Below, piece by piece: positions 8,828 to 17,554 of a DNA stretch of 64,000 bases; within the stretch, counting starts at the first letter, position 1, and each line of letters starts with the position of its first letter. The notes beneath the pieces are model-generated. The model saw nothing but the letters and a program-made list of their open reading frames with translations. It had not been told where the DNA came from and did not search any database. Source of the stretch: Candidatus Peribacterales bacterium (lineage in GTDB: Bacteria > Patescibacteriota > Gracilibacteria > Peribacterales > Peribacteraceae); assembly GCA_020058765.1 (NCBI GenBank), contig JAGVDM010000003.1:52019-116018 (forward strand). The letters are read 5' to 3'. The position numbers and the translations under genes were made by a program.

Positions 8828-8895
8828 GGCAAGAGGTAGATGACCACGGCGCACAGACGCGTGGGGGGTTTGGATCCACGGGTACGCACGCGTAA
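8828..8895 (+). pseudogene. dut: Displaced original 3' end of dut (right 55-bp repeat plus the native terminus ...GFGSTGTHA*)
   Basis: Reading the right repeat in the dut frame gives EVDDHGAQTRGGFGSTGTHA followed by a stop at 8893-8895. Confidence 0.75.
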
Positions 8896-8906
8896 CAATG
8901 CAAACA

Positions 8907-8943
8907 CCCCGTAGAGACGTGCCGCCGGCACGTCTCTACGGGG
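8907..8943. terminator. Bidirectional stem-loop terminator between the dut remnant and ftsZ
   Basis: Perfect 17-bp stem: CCCCGTAGAGACGTGCC-gcc-GGCACGTCTCTACGGGG. Confidence 0.7.
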
Positions 8944-8963
8944 AAATACGGCGTGCGTTGTAA

Positions 8964-10220
8964 TTAATCCTTCGCACCCGTCACGCGCTTGCGCATGAAT
9001 GCGGGAACCTCCAGCTCCTCTTCGTTGAACTTTGGAGCAGTGTTCTGTTCAAAAGAGGAAGGCGTGGAACTGCGCGTAGGAATGCCGCGCTGATTTGCTG
9101 CCTCCTGGGGCTTGCTCGTGTTGCGTGCAAGTGCCTCGGCAAGCGGACGCTTTGCTGTGGAGCCGTATGCTGCCAGGCCCCCGAGCTCGCGCTGTTCAAA
9201 GCCCGTAGCGATCACCGTGCACTTCACTTCACCAGTGTAGTTCTCATCGATCACGGCACCGAAGATGATGTTGGCATCGGAATCCGCGGCCTCGGTAATG
9301 ATGCGTGCTGCCTCATCCACCTCGAACATACTGAGGTCGTTGCCTCCCGTGATGTTGAAGAGGATTCCCTTGGCTCCATCGATCGAGAGCTCCAGGAGCG
9401 GGCTATCCACTGCAGCACGTGCTGCCTCTGCGGCGCGGCTGTCGCCGGTGCCGTAGCCAATACCCATGAGTGCGGTACCGGCATCCTGCATGATGGTCTT
9501 CACGTCGGCGAAGTCCACGTTCACAAGACCGTGCACTGTAATGATATTGGAAATACCTTCGATAGCGTGCTGCAGCACTTCGTCTACTACCTGGAATGCT
9601 TCGGTGAGTGGTGTCGTCTTATCAATGAGCGACAGAATTTTGTCGTTCGGGATCGTGACGAGCGTATCGACTTTGTCGTGGAGCGACTCGAGTGCCTCAT
9701 CGGCCTGTTTGCGGCGCTTCATTCCCTCGAAGCTGAATGGCTTGGTGACAACGGCAACCGTAAGGATACCCATGCTACGAGCCAAATCGGCAATTACACC
9801 GATACCCCCCGTACCCGTACCACCACCGAGACCGGCGGTGATGAAGACCATGTCTGCACCCTCCAGTGCAGCCTTGAGTTCTTCTGTGCTCTCCTCGGCA
9901 GCCTTCTTGCCGATATCTGGATTGGCACCAGCACCAAGCCCGCGAGTTGTACCGCGACCAATGGTGATCTTGGTACCCGCTGGGTTGTGGTACAGCGCTT
10001 GAATATCCGTATTCACCGCTACGAATTCCACACCCTGCACCTTGGCTTCCACCATACGGCGCACTGCGTTGGAACCGCCGCCACCTACGCCGATCACGCG
10101 GATCGTCGCGCCGGCCAGCACATCGGGACGGACTTCCTTGGAACTCGCGCTGTCGTCGCGCGGGGGCTGCATGCCGCCGGGGCGGGAGCCGCTGAACAGG
10201 TTACGAAGCGTGTCTGACAT
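8964..10220 (-). CDS. ftsZ: Cell division GTPase FtsZ
   Basis: Tubulin signature GVGGGGSNAV and GGGTGTG, with a disordered C-terminal tail. Confidence 0.97.
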   Translation of the reverse strand: MSDTLRNLFSGSRPGGMQPPRDDSASSKEVRPDVLAGATIRVIGVGGGGSNAVRRMVEAKVQGVEFVAVNTDIQALYHNPAGTKITIGRGTTRGLGAGANPDIGKKAAEESTEELKAALEGADMVFITAGLGGGTGTGGIGVIADLARSMGILTVAVVTKPFSFEGMKRRKQADEALESLHDKVDTLVTIPNDKILSLIDKTTPLTEAFQVVDEVLQHAIEGISNIITVHGLVNVDFADVKTIMQDAGTALMGIGYGTGDSRAAEAARAAVDSPLLELSIDGAKGILFNITGGNDLSMFEVDEAARIITEAADSDANIIFGAVIDENYTGEVKCTVIATGFEQRELGGLAAYGSTAKRPLAEALARNTSKPQEAANQRGIPTRSSTPSSFEQNTAPKFNEEELEVPAFMRKRVTGAKD

Positions 10221-10259
10221 GAGAGAGATGGGGAGGGAAACGAGAGGGAATCAGAAGAT

Positions 10260-11492
10260 TTACGGAAGGAGACTTTTGAACCACGTACCGACTTGTGTTG
10301 CAGTTTTAGCGAACTTGAACGACCCCATACGGGATGGCTGGTTGCCTTCGCGCAAACCCCATACGAGCGTACCGAGCGCAGTGGCGTAGGCTGGGTCATC
10401 GACCTTTTCGATCACTCCACCAATATCCACAGGGAAGCCCATTTGGACAGGCAGACCCAACACATCACGAGCGAGATCGAGCACACCAGGTGCTTTGACT
10501 GCTGCACCTGTAAGGAGCGCGCCAGCTGGCAACATGCCGCTGCGACCAATACGTACGAGCTCCTCTTTGACGAGGGAGAAAATTTCAAAGTACCGCGCCT
10601 GCATGATCTCTGCCATGTAGCGCTTGCTCACAGTCTGGGTGTCCACTTTGCTCACCGAAGAGAGGTCGATCATTTCGCGCTCCCCTACTTCCTCTGGGAG
10701 CACGGAACCGAATTCGATCTTGATCTTCTCTGCGGTGTCGATAGATGTACGCAGACCAATAGCGATGTCGTTGGTGACACTCTCGCCGCCCACTGGGAGC
10801 GTGCAGGAGTGGAGGATGGTTCCTTCTTCGTACACGGCAATGCTGGTGCACCCTGCACCTACATCGATCACCACGGCGCCCAACTCCTTCTGGCGCTTGG
10901 TGAGTACAGACTCCGCAACAGCGATCGTGCTTGGCACGATATCGTCGATATCTACACCAGCCTGATCCACACACTTCTCGATGTTCTTCACGTGCTGCAC
11001 GTGACCAGTGATGATGTGTGCCTCCACCTCTAGGCGAATGCCCGTCATGCCCACAGGGTTCTTAATACCAGTCTGCTCATCGACCGAGTAGGTCTTCGGT
11101 TCGATGTGCAGGATGCGGCGGTTCTGTGGAATGCTCACGGCTTGAGCTGCCTCAAGCACACGAGCAACATCATCCACCGAGATCTCCGATCCGGAGATGG
11201 CGATGACACCGCGGCTATCGAACGACTCAATGTGCGCTCCACTCATACCAACGAACACATGGTTCACCGGCACGCCGGCCATGCGCTCAGCATCCTCGAG
11301 TGAGGAGATAATGTTGTGGATGAGTTCCTCCACGTCGATCACGTGACCCTTGCGAATACCGAGTGATGGGGAGAGCCCCACACCAATGATATTGGGAACT
11401 TCACGATCGCCTTGCCCATCGGCAACGGCAACTACAGTGCGAATTTTGGCGCTTCCGATATCTAAGCTGGCTATAACACGCTCTCGTGGCAT
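10260..11492 (-). CDS. ftsA: Cell division protein FtsA (actin-fold ATPase)
   Basis: SLDIGSAKI at the N-terminus and VIDVGAGCTSIAV, located immediately upstream of ftsZ. Confidence 0.95.
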   Translation of the reverse strand: MPRERVIASLDIGSAKIRTVVAVADGQGDREVPNIIGVGLSPSLGIRKGHVIDVEELIHNIISSLEDAERMAGVPVNHVFVGMSGAHIESFDSRGVIAISGSEISVDDVARVLEAAQAVSIPQNRRILHIEPKTYSVDEQTGIKNPVGMTGIRLEVEAHIITGHVQHVKNIEKCVDQAGVDIDDIVPSTIAVAESVLTKRQKELGAVVIDVGAGCTSIAVYEEGTILHSCTLPVGGESVTNDIAIGLRTSIDTAEKIKIEFGSVLPEEVGEREMIDLSSVSKVDTQTVSKRYMAEIMQARYFEIFSLVKEELVRIGRSGMLPAGALLTGAAVKAPGVLDLARDVLGLPVQMGFPVDIGGVIEKVDDPAYATALGTLVWGLREGNQPSRMGSFKFAKTATQVGTWFKSLLP

Positions 11493-11744
11493 GAAAAAGT
11501 TGGTGAAATGTCGAGTAGGAAAGGTGAGAACGGAGCAGAGTCTACGTCCCGTAGGAAAGCGGCTGCAAGCGGCTTCTGTACACCAAACATGAACAGATCA
11601 TCGAAACATGTTCATAGGATTTGTTCAGACTTTTCCCCTCTATGTAGGGAAGATATAAAATTGTTGATCAACCAATTTTCCTCGAAAATGTGATGAACGC
11701 AAAAAGTGAACAGCTATGAAGATCATCACAACGATTCTTTGGCT

Positions 11745-12707
11745 TCAGAACATCGACAACTGTTCACGCGATGACTCGATCTCGCTCTCTGTTGTTTGCT
11801 GCGATGCATCCCCCAGGTAGAAGTGCGAACCATATTCGCCCGTAGCCAGCGCCTGGAGCCGCTTGCTGAGCATGGTGAATTCCATCGTGCCAAAGAATTC
11901 CCGAATGAGTGGCACTGGCAAATCTTCCAGCGCTAGAGCATCCAGAGGGATCGGCAATGGAAGATCAGTTTTAAGAACCGCCATACGTTGGCAGAAGAAT
12001 GCCTGCTCACGATCGGCAACGAGCTTCTCGCGGACGCTGGGGCGGATATCCTCGAGGTGCTCGTAGATCCCTTCGAGGGAGTCGTAGCTCTTGAGCAATT
12101 CCGATGCGGTCTTGGGGCCAATACCGCGCACGCCAGGGAGGTTGTCTGAGCTATCGCCAGAGAGCCCTTTGAACGCAGGCACCTGCGCAGGAGTCACGCC
12201 GAACTTCTGCAATACACCTGCCGGATCCAGCCGCTCTGCGGCTTGGTACCCTTTATGCGGAATAGCGATGATGATGTCTTTCGTCGCCAGCTGAAACACA
12301 TCGCGATCCCCGCTCACAATGGTCACGCGCATCCCCTGCTTCTCGGCAGCAACTGCGTAGGTCGCAAGCAGGTCATCTGCTTCGTAGCCTTTATCGGACA
12401 CGCGGCGAATGCCGAACGTATCGATGAGCTCCAAGATGCGCGGGATCTGCACGTAGAAGTCGTCGGGTGTTTCCGCCCGGCCTTCTTTGTATTCCGCATG
12501 CTCCTGATGGCGGAAGGTTTCCTCGCCTTCATCGAAGCAGAAGAGCAGGGCATCTGGCTTCTCCTGCGCAAGGATAGAAATGAGCATGCTCGCCACGCCG
12601 AACACGGCGTTCACTTGTTCACCTGCACGCGTGCGCAGCGTACGGGGAATAGCCCAGTATGCCCGGTACATGAGGTGGTGGCCGTCGATCAGAACCAAAT
12701 GTTCCAT
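11745..12707 (-). CDS. 5'-3' exonuclease / flap endonuclease (Pol I N-terminal-domain type)
   Basis: MEHLVLIDGHHLMYRAYWA..., SGDRD, and the H3TH region GVRGIGPKTA are present. I trimmed the ORF-track start (12878) to the ATG at 12707. Confidence 0.85.
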   Translation of the reverse strand: MEHLVLIDGHHLMYRAYWAIPRTLRTRAGEQVNAVFGVASMLISILAQEKPDALLFCFDEGEETFRHQEHAEYKEGRAETPDDFYVQIPRILELIDTFGIRRVSDKGYEADDLLATYAVAAEKQGMRVTIVSGDRDVFQLATKDIIIAIPHKGYQAAERLDPAGVLQKFGVTPAQVPAFKGLSGDSSDNLPGVRGIGPKTASELLKSYDSLEGIYEHLEDIRPSVREKLVADREQAFFCQRMAVLKTDLPLPIPLDALALEDLPVPLIREFFGTMEFTMLSKRLQALATGEYGSHFYLGDASQQTTESEIESSREQLSMF

Positions 12708-12876
12708 ACCAAAAACAGGTACCCGTAGGGTGCGCCAAATAGCCCATCTGCACAACTCTGTGGAAGACAAATATACAACCCCATAGTCAGAGGAACACGC
12801 AAGATATGGAGGCTTCTCCAGAAGAGCGATTTCCGCTAGAATAAGGGGAAACATACACATATCCACTTTCGCTCTC

Positions 12877-13509
12877 ATGACCCCCCTTTCCCCCGCTTAC
12901 GACAATAAAATTGCGCGCAAATACAGCGTGAAGACGCTGGAGCATAAGGTGGAAAATAAGCTCGCGTTGCAGAAGGAGCTCGGCTGGGCTCCAGAGAAAC
13001 GGATGCCGATGCTGTGTATTCCAACAGGCATGACAGAAGAGCTCGGCGGCAAACTGCTGAAGGAAGTATTGCCCGGCCTGCTCTCCCAAGGGATCGCTCT
13101 GCTCGTGCTCGGAAAAGGCAGCGAGGAGTACGGTGCGATCTTTACCAAGCTAGCCGAGGAAAAGGGGCACAGAGTTGCCATCATCAAAGATACAGACGAA
13201 GGCCGCCGCAAGATGTACGCCGCTGCGGACATGGCACTCTTCCTCAGCAATCCAACTGGCATGAGTGAACTGGAAACCGCCCTGCAGTACGGCACCATAC
13301 CAGTGGCACCAAGCTGCAAAGCACTCAAGAACTACAACCCGGTACAAGAAGCAGGAAACAGCTTCCTCTACGACGACAATACCAAGTGGCACTGCTTTGC
13401 TGCGCTCGTACGCGCACTGGAAACACATGTGTTCCCGTACGACTGGCGCACTATCCAGCGCAACTGCATGGAGAGCGTGGGTGCAGTACTGGAAGAAGAC
13501 GCAGAGTAA
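12877..13509 (+). CDS. Glycogen/starch-synthase C-terminal-domain-like protein (stand-alone, probably non-catalytic)
   Basis: Alignable by eye to the C-terminal half of GlgA (LPGLL..G..LLVLGKG, GTIPV). The catalytic SRFEPCGL block reads LSNPTGMS, so the Glu is replaced. There is no N-terminal Rossmann half upstream. Confidence 0.65.
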   Translation: MTPLSPAYDNKIARKYSVKTLEHKVENKLALQKELGWAPEKRMPMLCIPTGMTEELGGKLLKEVLPGLLSQGIALLVLGKGSEEYGAIFTKLAEEKGHRVAIIKDTDEGRRKMYAAADMALFLSNPTGMSELETALQYGTIPVAPSCKALKNYNPVQEAGNSFLYDDNTKWHCFAALVRALETHVFPYDWRTIQRNCMESVGAVLEEDAE

Positions 13510-13542
13510 TCTACGTAGAGCTATATGCGACGCGGGAAACGA

Positions 13543-14103
13543 TTAGTTCCCTAGAAAGTCTCGTTGTGGTGACGACTTTTTCCCCGGAGGAGGGGTTGGA
13601 TCCTTGAGCGTGCGAAGATTCGGCGCGTCGGAAACGACGGCGACGATGCTCTGCGCGGTCACTGTTTCCTCCTTGTTGAGCTCCGCGTTCCATGCTCGAT
13701 AATCACCGTCAGCCGTTTTGCCGAGGAGTTCGCGACGTTGATACTGCTGATCAGAATCGAGATTGCCGGGGTCCACCATGACAACGGTGCCGGGAGCGAA
13801 GTTATCATTCTTCTTCACTACGTTCTTCTGCACAATGTTGATACCCATGCCCGTGAGAAGCGAGCGGATTTTTTCGACGTTCTCTTCCTGCACAACACCA
13901 GTGACATGGCACATGTTGCCTCGCACAATGACATGCACGTCCTCCGCAGTCTCCGCATTCAAGCGATGAGCAATCGTAGACTCTTCATACGCACTGATAT
14001 GGGACACACCATCCGGTTCATCTCCAGATGGAATAGCGAGTTCGGTATCCTCAGGTTCGGGCGGAGGGAGCGTACCTTCGAGAATCAGGCTTTTCTTCGT
14101 CAT
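13543..14103 (-). CDS. Hypothetical protein (possible BON-like fold)
   Basis: 186-aa ORF. The segment VHVIVRGNMCHVTGVVQEENVEKIRSLL resembles a BON/OsmY-type element. This is a weak call. Confidence 0.5.
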   Translation of the reverse strand: MTKKSLILEGTLPPPEPEDTELAIPSGDEPDGVSHISAYEESTIAHRLNAETAEDVHVIVRGNMCHVTGVVQEENVEKIRSLLTGMGINIVQKNVVKKNDNFAPGTVVMVDPGNLDSDQQYQRRELLGKTADGDYRAWNAELNKEETVTAQSIVAVVSDAPNLRTLKDPTPPPGKKSSPQRDFLGN

Positions 14104-14142
14104 ACGGGAAAGGGGGAATACTCATATATTATAAAACAAATA

Positions 14143-14442
14143 CTATGCTTTAGCAATATCCGGAATTGGAGGACAGAGCGCCTCCTTCTCCTCCTTGGAG
14201 AGCTGCTTTACCTTGGCTTCGCGGCTGCGCGCCTCAGAGAGTGTCTCGAATTGTTCGCGGTACACAATCTGCACCGGTCGGCGACTGCGCGTGTACTTCG
14301 CACCGGTGCCGAGGTTGTGCTTGGCCTCGCGTTCCGCGAGATCGATGCAGGTGCCCGCGTAGAGCGAACCATCTGCACAACGAGCGAGGTAGAAGTAGTG
14401 GGACACACGACCAGTATAGTCACAAACAGTCGGAACATTCAT
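14143..14442 (-). CDS. GIY-YIG nuclease-superfamily protein (UPF0213-like)
   Basis: YFYLARCADGSLYAGTCIDLAEREAKHNLGTGAKYTRSRRPVQIVY is a canonical GIY-YIG core. Confidence 0.8.
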   Translation of the reverse strand: MNVPTVCDYTGRVSHYFYLARCADGSLYAGTCIDLAEREAKHNLGTGAKYTRSRRPVQIVYREQFETLSEARSREAKVKQLSKEEKEALCPPIPDIAKA

Positions 14443-14484
14443 TTGCGCGACACCGCACATTCGTTACACTCTTGCGTGCCTCGT

Positions 14485-14559
14485 GGGTCGGTAGCTCAGT
14501 GGTAGAGCAGGAGACTCTTAATCTCTTGGCCGCGGGTTCGACCCCCGCCCGACCCACCA
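14485..14559 (+). tRNA. tRNA-Lys (anticodon CTT), CCA encoded
   Basis: Hand-folded: GGGTCGG/CCGACCC acceptor, anticodon arm GGAGA-CTCTTAA-TCTCT, T arm GCGGG-TTCGACC-CCCGC. Confidence 0.95.
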
Positions 14560-14560
14560 C

Positions 14561-15991
14561 TTAACTAAGAATTTCCACTTCGCCGATTTTCAGTTTTTTT
14601 GTGCGTCCATCGTCCATGCGCACCGTCAGGATGTGATCAGTTTCGCGCTCGGTGTAGGGAATGATGATGCGTTCTATCGTTCCTTCGCCTTGCCCAAGAT
14701 ATCGACTTCCCCAGTCACTGATCCTGATGCGCGTGCCCAGCGCGATGTCTTGCGGATCCGCCTGGATAGCAAAACGTTTGATTTCAATCACCTGCCCGTC
14801 CTTCACCACGAAACAGTCTTTATTGCCGCCGGCTTCCACGTACTCACATCCGGGCTCTTTGTAGAATCGCCTGCTTCCGACGTAATACTGTTCCTTCGCC
14901 GGGTCGAGGGTATACACATTGGCACTGTCAGGGTATTGCCTCTTCAATTCGTCATAGAGTGGTTCCCTGATACCCATTGTCTTGCCCACGCAGCGCGCGA
15001 TGATTTCCGCTCCCACCATATTTGAATCTTTGTCCCCCGAAATTTCTGACGCGCCCATGCCGAGCGGTTTCGTCGTGCAACCGATATGATCGAAGAGGTG
15101 ATACCCCTGTGTGACGCGCATGCCGCCCCTTACGTTGTCCATAACGGCTGCCGGCATATCTTCTTTACGAAAGACGTCGGCATCGAGTTCGATCCATAGT
15201 TTGCCCCCCTTCTTCTCTAATCGTGCGCCCATCTCCGTGATCGCATCAAGGATGTGCTGAGGCATTTCATCTTCGTTCTCGGGATTCTTCACCTCATCCA
15301 TCTCGTAAGCTTTCACGCCGAGAATTTTGAGTTCTTCCAAATATTGCCGTTCGGTCGAAGGCACTCCCTCTTGATCGTCCACGTCGTTCAAGCCGATATA
15401 CATGATGTTCTCGGGCTTCAGGAACGGCGCTCCCCTGAGAAGGTCAATGAGTTCCTTCGGGCCCCTGCCCGTGAGCACTGCCGATACCATGCCGTGAATG
15501 TTTCCAGATGGCGTCGTTTCCGGCGTGTTGAGGTCTGCGTGCGCATCGACCCAAATAAGACCCATCTCGATACCATGCTCATGGCAGTAGCGCAGTGCGC
15601 CGATCACGTCGAGGCCGCGTGTGTGATTGCCACCGAGTGAGAGTGGCGTTTTTCCGCTTTCCAAAATTTTCTGCACGGCGTCGGCGCCCTCCGTTGCCGA
15701 TTCAACGACCGCTTCAAGCTTCTTTGCCTTGGGGTCACTATTCCCCGGTGTATCTTTGACGGAGAAATCAATGTGCGCCTCATCTCTGAGTCGCGCACCT
15801 GATCCGCGAAACAGGTCATGAACATGGGTTCCAATATGGTAGGCCGCGTCTCTGCAATTCACTCCCACCTCGGCGCTGCCTTCGTCATCGGAATTGTTCA
15901 CGACAATGCCGATCTCTTCGCCGTCGAGATCACGGTTCCCCTCAATTTTGATGTGCTTAATCATTTTTATGATTATAGCAGTTTTAAGCAA
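14561..15991 (-). CDS. Arginase/agmatinase/formiminoglutamase-fold ureohydrolase with extra N- and C-terminal domains
   Basis: Metal-ligand blocks GGNHT, VDAHADLNTP, SGNIHGM and ELDADVF are present. An additional C-terminal domain of about 130 aa is unassigned. The stop codon lies 2 nt from the end of tRNA-Lys. Confidence 0.8.
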   Translation of the reverse strand: MLKTAIIIKMIKHIKIEGNRDLDGEEIGIVVNNSDDEGSAEVGVNCRDAAYHIGTHVHDLFRGSGARLRDEAHIDFSVKDTPGNSDPKAKKLEAVVESATEGADAVQKILESGKTPLSLGGNHTRGLDVIGALRYCHEHGIEMGLIWVDAHADLNTPETTPSGNIHGMVSAVLTGRGPKELIDLLRGAPFLKPENIMYIGLNDVDDQEGVPSTERQYLEELKILGVKAYEMDEVKNPENEDEMPQHILDAITEMGARLEKKGGKLWIELDADVFRKEDMPAAVMDNVRGGMRVTQGYHLFDHIGCTTKPLGMGASEISGDKDSNMVGAEIIARCVGKTMGIREPLYDELKRQYPDSANVYTLDPAKEQYYVGSRRFYKEPGCEYVEAGGNKDCFVVKDGQVIEIKRFAIQADPQDIALGTRIRISDWGSRYLGQGEGTIERIIIPYTERETDHILTVRMDDGRTKKLKIGEVEILS

Positions 15992-16171
15992 CTTTTTCCA
16001 GTTTGGGAACGCAGAAAACCATGAAGAATCTCGTCATAAATCAGTTCCAACGTTCTCCCAGCATCTCCATCAACTATCTAAAAATTGCGAGTTACATTGA
16101 AAGAGTAACTAAAACATCTTCCTCGCCTGCACCTTACTGCGTGCCATCTATAGCCAGCACAGCAAAACAGC

Positions 16172-16615
16172 TCACGGCGCCGTGCCGTAGAAGTGTATAT
16201 CGCGAGTGACAACATTGAAGCCAAACACGTGATATCCATTGCCCCACGTATTCAGGATCTCCCCTTCAAAGCATGTGTCCATAACGGGTTCCCACATGGG
16301 CGAGAAGCGATCGTAGTTCTCCGGAAGAATGAAATTGGATTCCACATCATTGCAGGGAACCTCTCGGTATCCCTTCGTACCAAGGATTGCGGCGTACTCT
16401 TCCGTCGCTCTAAAGCGTAACCAGATTTGATACCCCTGCCACGTGTCACCCACGCCTTGCAGATCGGTGACTGCAGAGGGAACAGGTCTCTCGATCAGGT
16501 ACTCAAACATTTCTTGCGGCGTATTGCCAGAGGAGGGGCCAGACATGCACCCCACAAGAACGAAGAGAGCGCTCGCGCCGAGAATGTGTCGAACTATGAG
16601 TTTCATAGGAGACAA
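16172..16615 (-). CDS. Hypothetical lipoprotein
   Basis: Signal peptide with the lipobox LVGC. Confidence 0.6.
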   Translation of the reverse strand: MSPMKLIVRHILGASALFVLVGCMSGPSSGNTPQEMFEYLIERPVPSAVTDLQGVGDTWQGYQIWLRFRATEEYAAILGTKGYREVPCNDVESNFILPENYDRFSPMWEPVMDTCFEGEILNTWGNGYHVFGFNVVTRDIHFYGTAP

Positions 16616-17476
16616 TTAGAATACCTTCCGCGCGTGTGCTTTCTGCGTACCGTCCTTTGCAGGAATCAATACTGCAAAGGGCAGGTCGTTGTGCCAGGCA
16701 ATCGTATCTGGCTTTACCTCACGCTTGATATTGCGCCCGTGGCGCACGTCTTCTGCTTCTGCATCGGTGAGCTCAATGCCATCGAACTCCGTGAGTACTT
16801 CTTTGAGGGGCACAATGAACGACCAGCCCACACTCTCTGGTGATACTGCGAAATCGACCGACCACTCCCCTACCTTGGTGCGGCGAAGCCCAGAGAGGTA
16901 CGCACCGCAACGCAGGTGTTGGCCAAGATCATGTGCAATGGAACGGATGTATGTGCCGCTGCTGCACCCCACACGGAGCACGATCTTTGGGTAACTATAC
17001 GAGAGGAGATCGCACGCAGTGATATCTACCGTGCGTGAGGGGATGGTGACATCTTTCCCCAACCGCGCGAGCACGTAAGCGCGGTTGCCATCCACGTGCA
17101 CAGCGGAGTGCGCGGGTGGCACTTGATCGATCTTGCCGGTGAACTGCTGCCGCAGGAGTTGGATCACCTGCTCTTCGTCTGGCTGCTTCCACCCCGGCTT
17201 GGGCGTGAGCTCTTCGATCACGCCATCGCGATCGTAGGTGCTGCTCACCGAACCCAGTTCGATATCGGCGATGTATTCCTTGGAGAGCGAATTGAAGAAC
17301 TCTACTACCTTGAGTGCCTTGGCACCCACCGCGAGCACCATGAGCCCAGACGCTGCGGGATCGAGCGTGCCTAAGTGCCCAACCTTCTTTTCGTGCAGGA
17401 TACGACGCACCTGCGCCACAATGTCGTGGCTGGTGGGGCCTGCCGGTTTATCGATAAGGAGGAACCCGTGCTTCAC
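16616..17476 (-). CDS. truB: tRNA pseudouridine-55 synthase TruB
   Basis: GFLLIDKPAGPTSHD and the catalytic GTLDPAASG are present. I trimmed the 450-aa ORF to the GTG at 17476 (MKHGFLL). The upstream extension overlaps the divergent gene. Confidence 0.85.
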   Translation of the reverse strand: MKHGFLLIDKPAGPTSHDIVAQVRRILHEKKVGHLGTLDPAASGLMVLAVGAKALKVVEFFNSLSKEYIADIELGSVSSTYDRDGVIEELTPKPGWKQPDEEQVIQLLRQQFTGKIDQVPPAHSAVHVDGNRAYVLARLGKDVTIPSRTVDITACDLLSYSYPKIVLRVGCSSGTYIRSIAHDLGQHLRCGAYLSGLRRTKVGEWSVDFAVSPESVGWSFIVPLKEVLTEFDGIELTDAEAEDVRHGRNIKREVKPDTIAWHNDLPFAVLIPAKDGTQKAHARKVF

Positions 17477-17554
17477 GCCGGAAACTGTACCCAATACCCC
17501 GCGAGAGAGCGACGGATTCCGCGACAATTCCCCCGCAGTGCAGACTGCGCTACG

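Noticed and set aside
14560-16615. A tRNA-Lys-associated genomic island (the arginase-fold gene plus a lipoprotein).
   Set aside because: I found no direct repeat of the tRNA-Lys 3' end, no integrase, and no obvious composition shift. Only the tight juxtaposition is noted in the finding.
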